NCBI GenBank assembly: GCA_014804655.1
Contig: JAAUZK010000014.1
Location: 65,704-129,703, forward strand
From: Lachnospiraceae bacterium
Lineage (GTDB): Bacteria > Bacillota > Clostridia > Lachnospirales > Lachnospiraceae
DNA: 64,000 nt
Reading direction: 5' to 3'
Translations under genes and position numbers: made by a program
Notes under the pieces: generated by a model
Database searches by the model: none
The model's input: the letters and a program-made list of their open reading frames with translations, nothing else
Told to the model about the DNA's origin: nothing
Part shown: piece after piece, positions 61,212-64,000 of the stretch
How positions within the stretch are numbered: position 1 is the first letter of the stretch
How the letters are laid out: every line of letters starts with the position of its first letter

Positions 61212-63221
61212 ATGATGAGATCATTGTTCTCTGGTGTGGCAGGTCTTAGAACACACCAGACAAGAATGGACGTTATCGGTAATAATATTGCCAACGTCAA
61301 CACAACTGCATATAAATCACAGAACATGGTATTCAGCGATCTGCTGTACCAGACAACACAGGCAGCGTCCGGCGCTAACGACAACGGACGAGGCGGTATC
61401 AACGCCAGACAGATCGGTCTGGGCGCTAAGACGGGCGCAATCTCCACGGCGATCACGACGCAGGGTTCCGCGCAGTCTACGAATAACCCGTGGGATATCA
61501 TGATCGAGGGCGATTCTTTCTTCATCGTCAACAACGGTTCCGAGAATTTCTTCACAAGAGATGGTTCCTTCACCATAGACGGTGCGGGTAATCTGGTTAT
61601 GGCAAATACTGGTTTTAAAGTTATGGGATGGCAGGTAGATCCGGAGACCGGAGATATCAGACAGGATGTGGTGTCTGCGTTGCAGGTTATGCATACGGAT
61701 AATCTGAGTTCTAAGCCGGAAGCTACTTCACTTGCATATGTATCCGGTATTCTGGATAAGACGGACACGTCTATCAACAGTACGGCGGGCGCGATCCGTA
61801 CCTTCCAGATCTTCGATGCACAGGGATATGCTTATACGGTGAAGATGAGTTTCCACGGAATCGGAAGCGAGGATGAATTCCGCGTACAGCTCGATGACAT
61901 CTTAGACAGCACAGGCGTGTCTCTTGTAAAGAAATATAATCTGAGCAATATCAACCAGATTGCGAATTTCGGCGGAGACAACACAACCAGCAAGACGATG
62001 CTTTACAATCCGGACAGCACGGCGACATATGATGGTGCGAATACGTTTAATATAGAGCTGCCCTTCTCTAATATTCTGGAAGGTTACAGTAACAATGCAC
62101 TTGTAGTTGCAGCGGGTAAGAATGTTACGATCACAACCCCGGCGGACGGCGGCACTGTTACAGCAGGTGCTGCGGACAGTGTTACAGTACACGGCAAAGT
62201 AACATTGACCAAGGCACAGTTAGAGGCGGCTCCTTATAATCTGGTATATAATGAAGGTGACGGCAAGTATTATACCAAACCGACCACCGGAACGACCGGC
62301 GTAGAGGTGACAGACTGGACAGCAGCGATCAGTGCTATGGGACTGGAAGGTGTATCGAATGTCAACGTTGTGCCTGTAACGGATGGCGCGGCAGGCGAGA
62401 TGTCTGTCGAGTTCGATGCTACGTTTACACCGACTCTTGATGCCACACGTAAAGACAATGTCTTCGGGATCACGTTATCAATGCCGGATGATGAGAAAGA
62501 AATCTTAAAGCAGGTATATCACGTAGAGGACGGAGACGGTAAGACATATACAATCGAGTATATTGCGCCGGATGGATCAGCGCAGATCACTGAGAGAACG
62601 CAGACGAACGGTATGTCGCTTGTGTTCGATCATGATACGGGAGAATTCTTATATATTGGAAGTGCAGGCAGTAATACGGCGACGCTTACTTTTAACTCAT
62701 CAGCCTCTTCCCTGAGCGGAGAGCTTATAGAGCTGACGCAGTTCGGCAATGTGGATATCGACTTCTCATCCGTTACAAACTTTGGTAACGGTGGTAAGTG
62801 TACTCTTGATATCACACCCGGCGGTAAGGGTGGCGACACCATCGGCAAGGGTAGAGCTCCGGGAGAATTGATTGGTATCGAAGTAGGACAGGACGGCCGC
62901 ATCACGGCATCTTATTCCAACGGTCTGACGAAGCTGTTAGGACAGATCGCAGTAGCGGAATTTGCAAATCCTTCCGGTCTTTCCAAGGCAGGCGACAACC
63001 TGTACTCCGCAACCATGAACTCCGGTGACTTTGACGGTGTCGGCAAGGACATCACGGAAAGCGGCGGTAAGATGACATCCGGCGTACTGGAGATGAGTAA
63101 CGTGGATCTTTCTTCCGAATTCACCACAATGATCACCACACAGCGTGGTTTCCAGGCAAACAGCCGTATCATTACCACTTCCGATACGCTGCTGGAAGAA
63201 CTTGTCAATCTGAAGAGATAA
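61212..63221 (+). CDS. flgE: Flagellar hook protein FlgE
   Basis: MMRSLFSGVAGL…IGNNIANVNT; LEMSNVDLSSEFTTMITTQRGFQANSR. Confidence 0.97.
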   Translation: MMRSLFSGVAGLRTHQTRMDVIGNNIANVNTTAYKSQNMVFSDLLYQTTQAASGANDNGRGGINARQIGLGAKTGAISTAITTQGSAQSTNNPWDIMIEGDSFFIVNNGSENFFTRDGSFTIDGAGNLVMANTGFKVMGWQVDPETGDIRQDVVSALQVMHTDNLSSKPEATSLAYVSGILDKTDTSINSTAGAIRTFQIFDAQGYAYTVKMSFHGIGSEDEFRVQLDDILDSTGVSLVKKYNLSNINQIANFGGDNTTSKTMLYNPDSTATYDGANTFNIELPFSNILEGYSNNALVVAAGKNVTITTPADGGTVTAGAADSVTVHGKVTLTKAQLEAAPYNLVYNEGDGKYYTKPTTGTTGVEVTDWTAAISAMGLEGVSNVNVVPVTDGAAGEMSVEFDATFTPTLDATRKDNVFGITLSMPDDEKEILKQVYHVEDGDGKTYTIEYIAPDGSAQITERTQTNGMSLVFDHDTGEFLYIGSAGSNTATLTFNSSASSLSGELIELTQFGNVDIDFSSVTNFGNGGKCTLDITPGGKGGDTIGKGRAPGELIGIEVGQDGRITASYSNGLTKLLGQIAVAEFANPSGLSKAGDNLYSATMNSGDFDGVGKDITESGGKMTSGVLEMSNVDLSSEFTTMITTQRGFQANSRIITTSDTLLEELVNLKR

Positions 63222-63242
63222 GTGCCGTAAGGCGCATAAACA

Positions 63243-63277
63243 GAGGGACTTTTCGCATATGCGAAGAGTTCCTCTTC
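63243..63277 (+). terminator. Hairpin terminator after flgE
   Basis: gagggacttttcgcat/atgcgaagagttcctc. Confidence 0.7.
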
Positions 63278-63457
63278 ATGTGTTTTCATATTTGTACAGA
63301 AAAGATGATATATTTTTTTTGCAGTTTTGGAAGATGTGTGGTAGAATATATAAGTTCCATACAGTCAGAGGGGTGACATATCGAACATGATACATAGGAG
63401 TCAGCTGACCGGATTATGTAGGGAAGATCCGGTTGCACGGAAAGACAGGGGTGGGGG

Positions 63458-63643
63458 ATGATAGAAGTTACGAAGATTAACGGCGTGAAGATTCTGATTA
63501 ATCCCGATTTACTGGAATTAGTGGAAGAGACGCCGGACACCGTCCTGACATTTACAACAGGGCGTAAAATAATTGTAAAAGAAAGTAGACAAGAAGTGAA
63601 AAATCTAGTAAAATCGTATAGAAAGGATATTTTTGCAGATTAG
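63458..63643 (+). CDS. flbD: Flagellar protein FlbD
   Basis: MIEVTKING..ILINPDL.E.VEETPDTVLT..TGRKIIVKE. Confidence 0.93.
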   Translation: MIEVTKINGVKILINPDLLELVEETPDTVLTFTTGRKIIVKESRQEVKNLVKSYRKDIFAD

Positions 63644-63663
63644 TGTAAAACGGGTGAGTACAG

Positions 63664-64000
63664 ATGGATATAGCTTCAATTATCGGCTTATTGGCATGTT
63701 TTGCGTTGATGATTTTCGGTATGGTGTTTGGTAAGACCTTTTCAGCAGTCACCAGCTTTCTTCATGCACCATCAGCGCTTATTACATTCGGCGGCGCATT
63801 TATGTGTATTATGGCGAGCTATTCGATGTCTAATTTCGTTGGGGGTCTGAAGAGCTTTACGTTGATTTTTAAGGAATCCGCCATGAATGTTCCGGAGATT
63901 ATTCAGAAGATTATTGACCTCTCCAACGTTGCTCGTAAAGAGGGCCTTCTTTCTCTGGAAGAAGCGGCGGGAGATATTGATGATGAATTCTTGAAGAAAG
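63664..64000 (+). CDS. motA: Flagellar stator MotA, 3'-truncated by the window edge
   Basis: Translated by hand: MDIASIIG…PSALITFGG…ARKEGLLSLEE…DEFLKK; not in the supplied ORF track. Confidence 0.93.
   Translation, partial: MDIASIIGLLACFALMIFGMVFGKTFSAVTSFLHAPSALITFGGAFMCIMASYSMSNFVGGLKSFTLIFKESAMNVPEIIQKIIDLSNVARKEGLLSLEEAAGDIDDEFLKK

Overview
A 64-kb chromosomal window from a motile Firmicute. Gene content and order point to a Lachnospiraceae/Clostridia gut bacterium (inference). From left to right: the 3' part of a hybrid histidine kinase, two MCPs, a BlaI/BlaR1(M56)-like pair, an Rpn (PD-(D/E)XK) gene, a ~2720-aa multimodular GH53 galactanase, mecA, a DEAD-box helicase, gpmI, a GntR(YtrA-type)-ABC operon, a MacB/LolD-type ABC cluster, eno, hemZ, a transglutaminase-like/MBOAT/SGNH/lipoprotein operon, a PBP-GGDEF*-EAL protein, an AraC/GH3 pair, an IS1634-family element, and the flagellar operon flgB-flgC-fliE-fliF-fliG-fliH-fliI-fliJ-(MotE-like)-fliK-flgD-(TIGR02530)-flgE-flbD-motA (partial). 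I saw no rRNA, tRNA or CRISPR array. Four observations stand out. (1) Two ~230-bp intergenic copies of a nested-palindrome element keep the same fold with different stem sequences and carry CsrA-like GGA hairpins on the minus strand. (2) An envelope acylation operon has an SGNH-like partner with Cys at the catalytic Ser position, coupled to a Cys-His-Asp transglutaminase-like surface protein. (3) An intragenic RBS+ATG in the Rpn gene predicts a small antitoxin. (4) An enolase has a sigmaG-like promoter and an anti-SD hairpin. All calls come from reading motifs by eye; no database searches were run.
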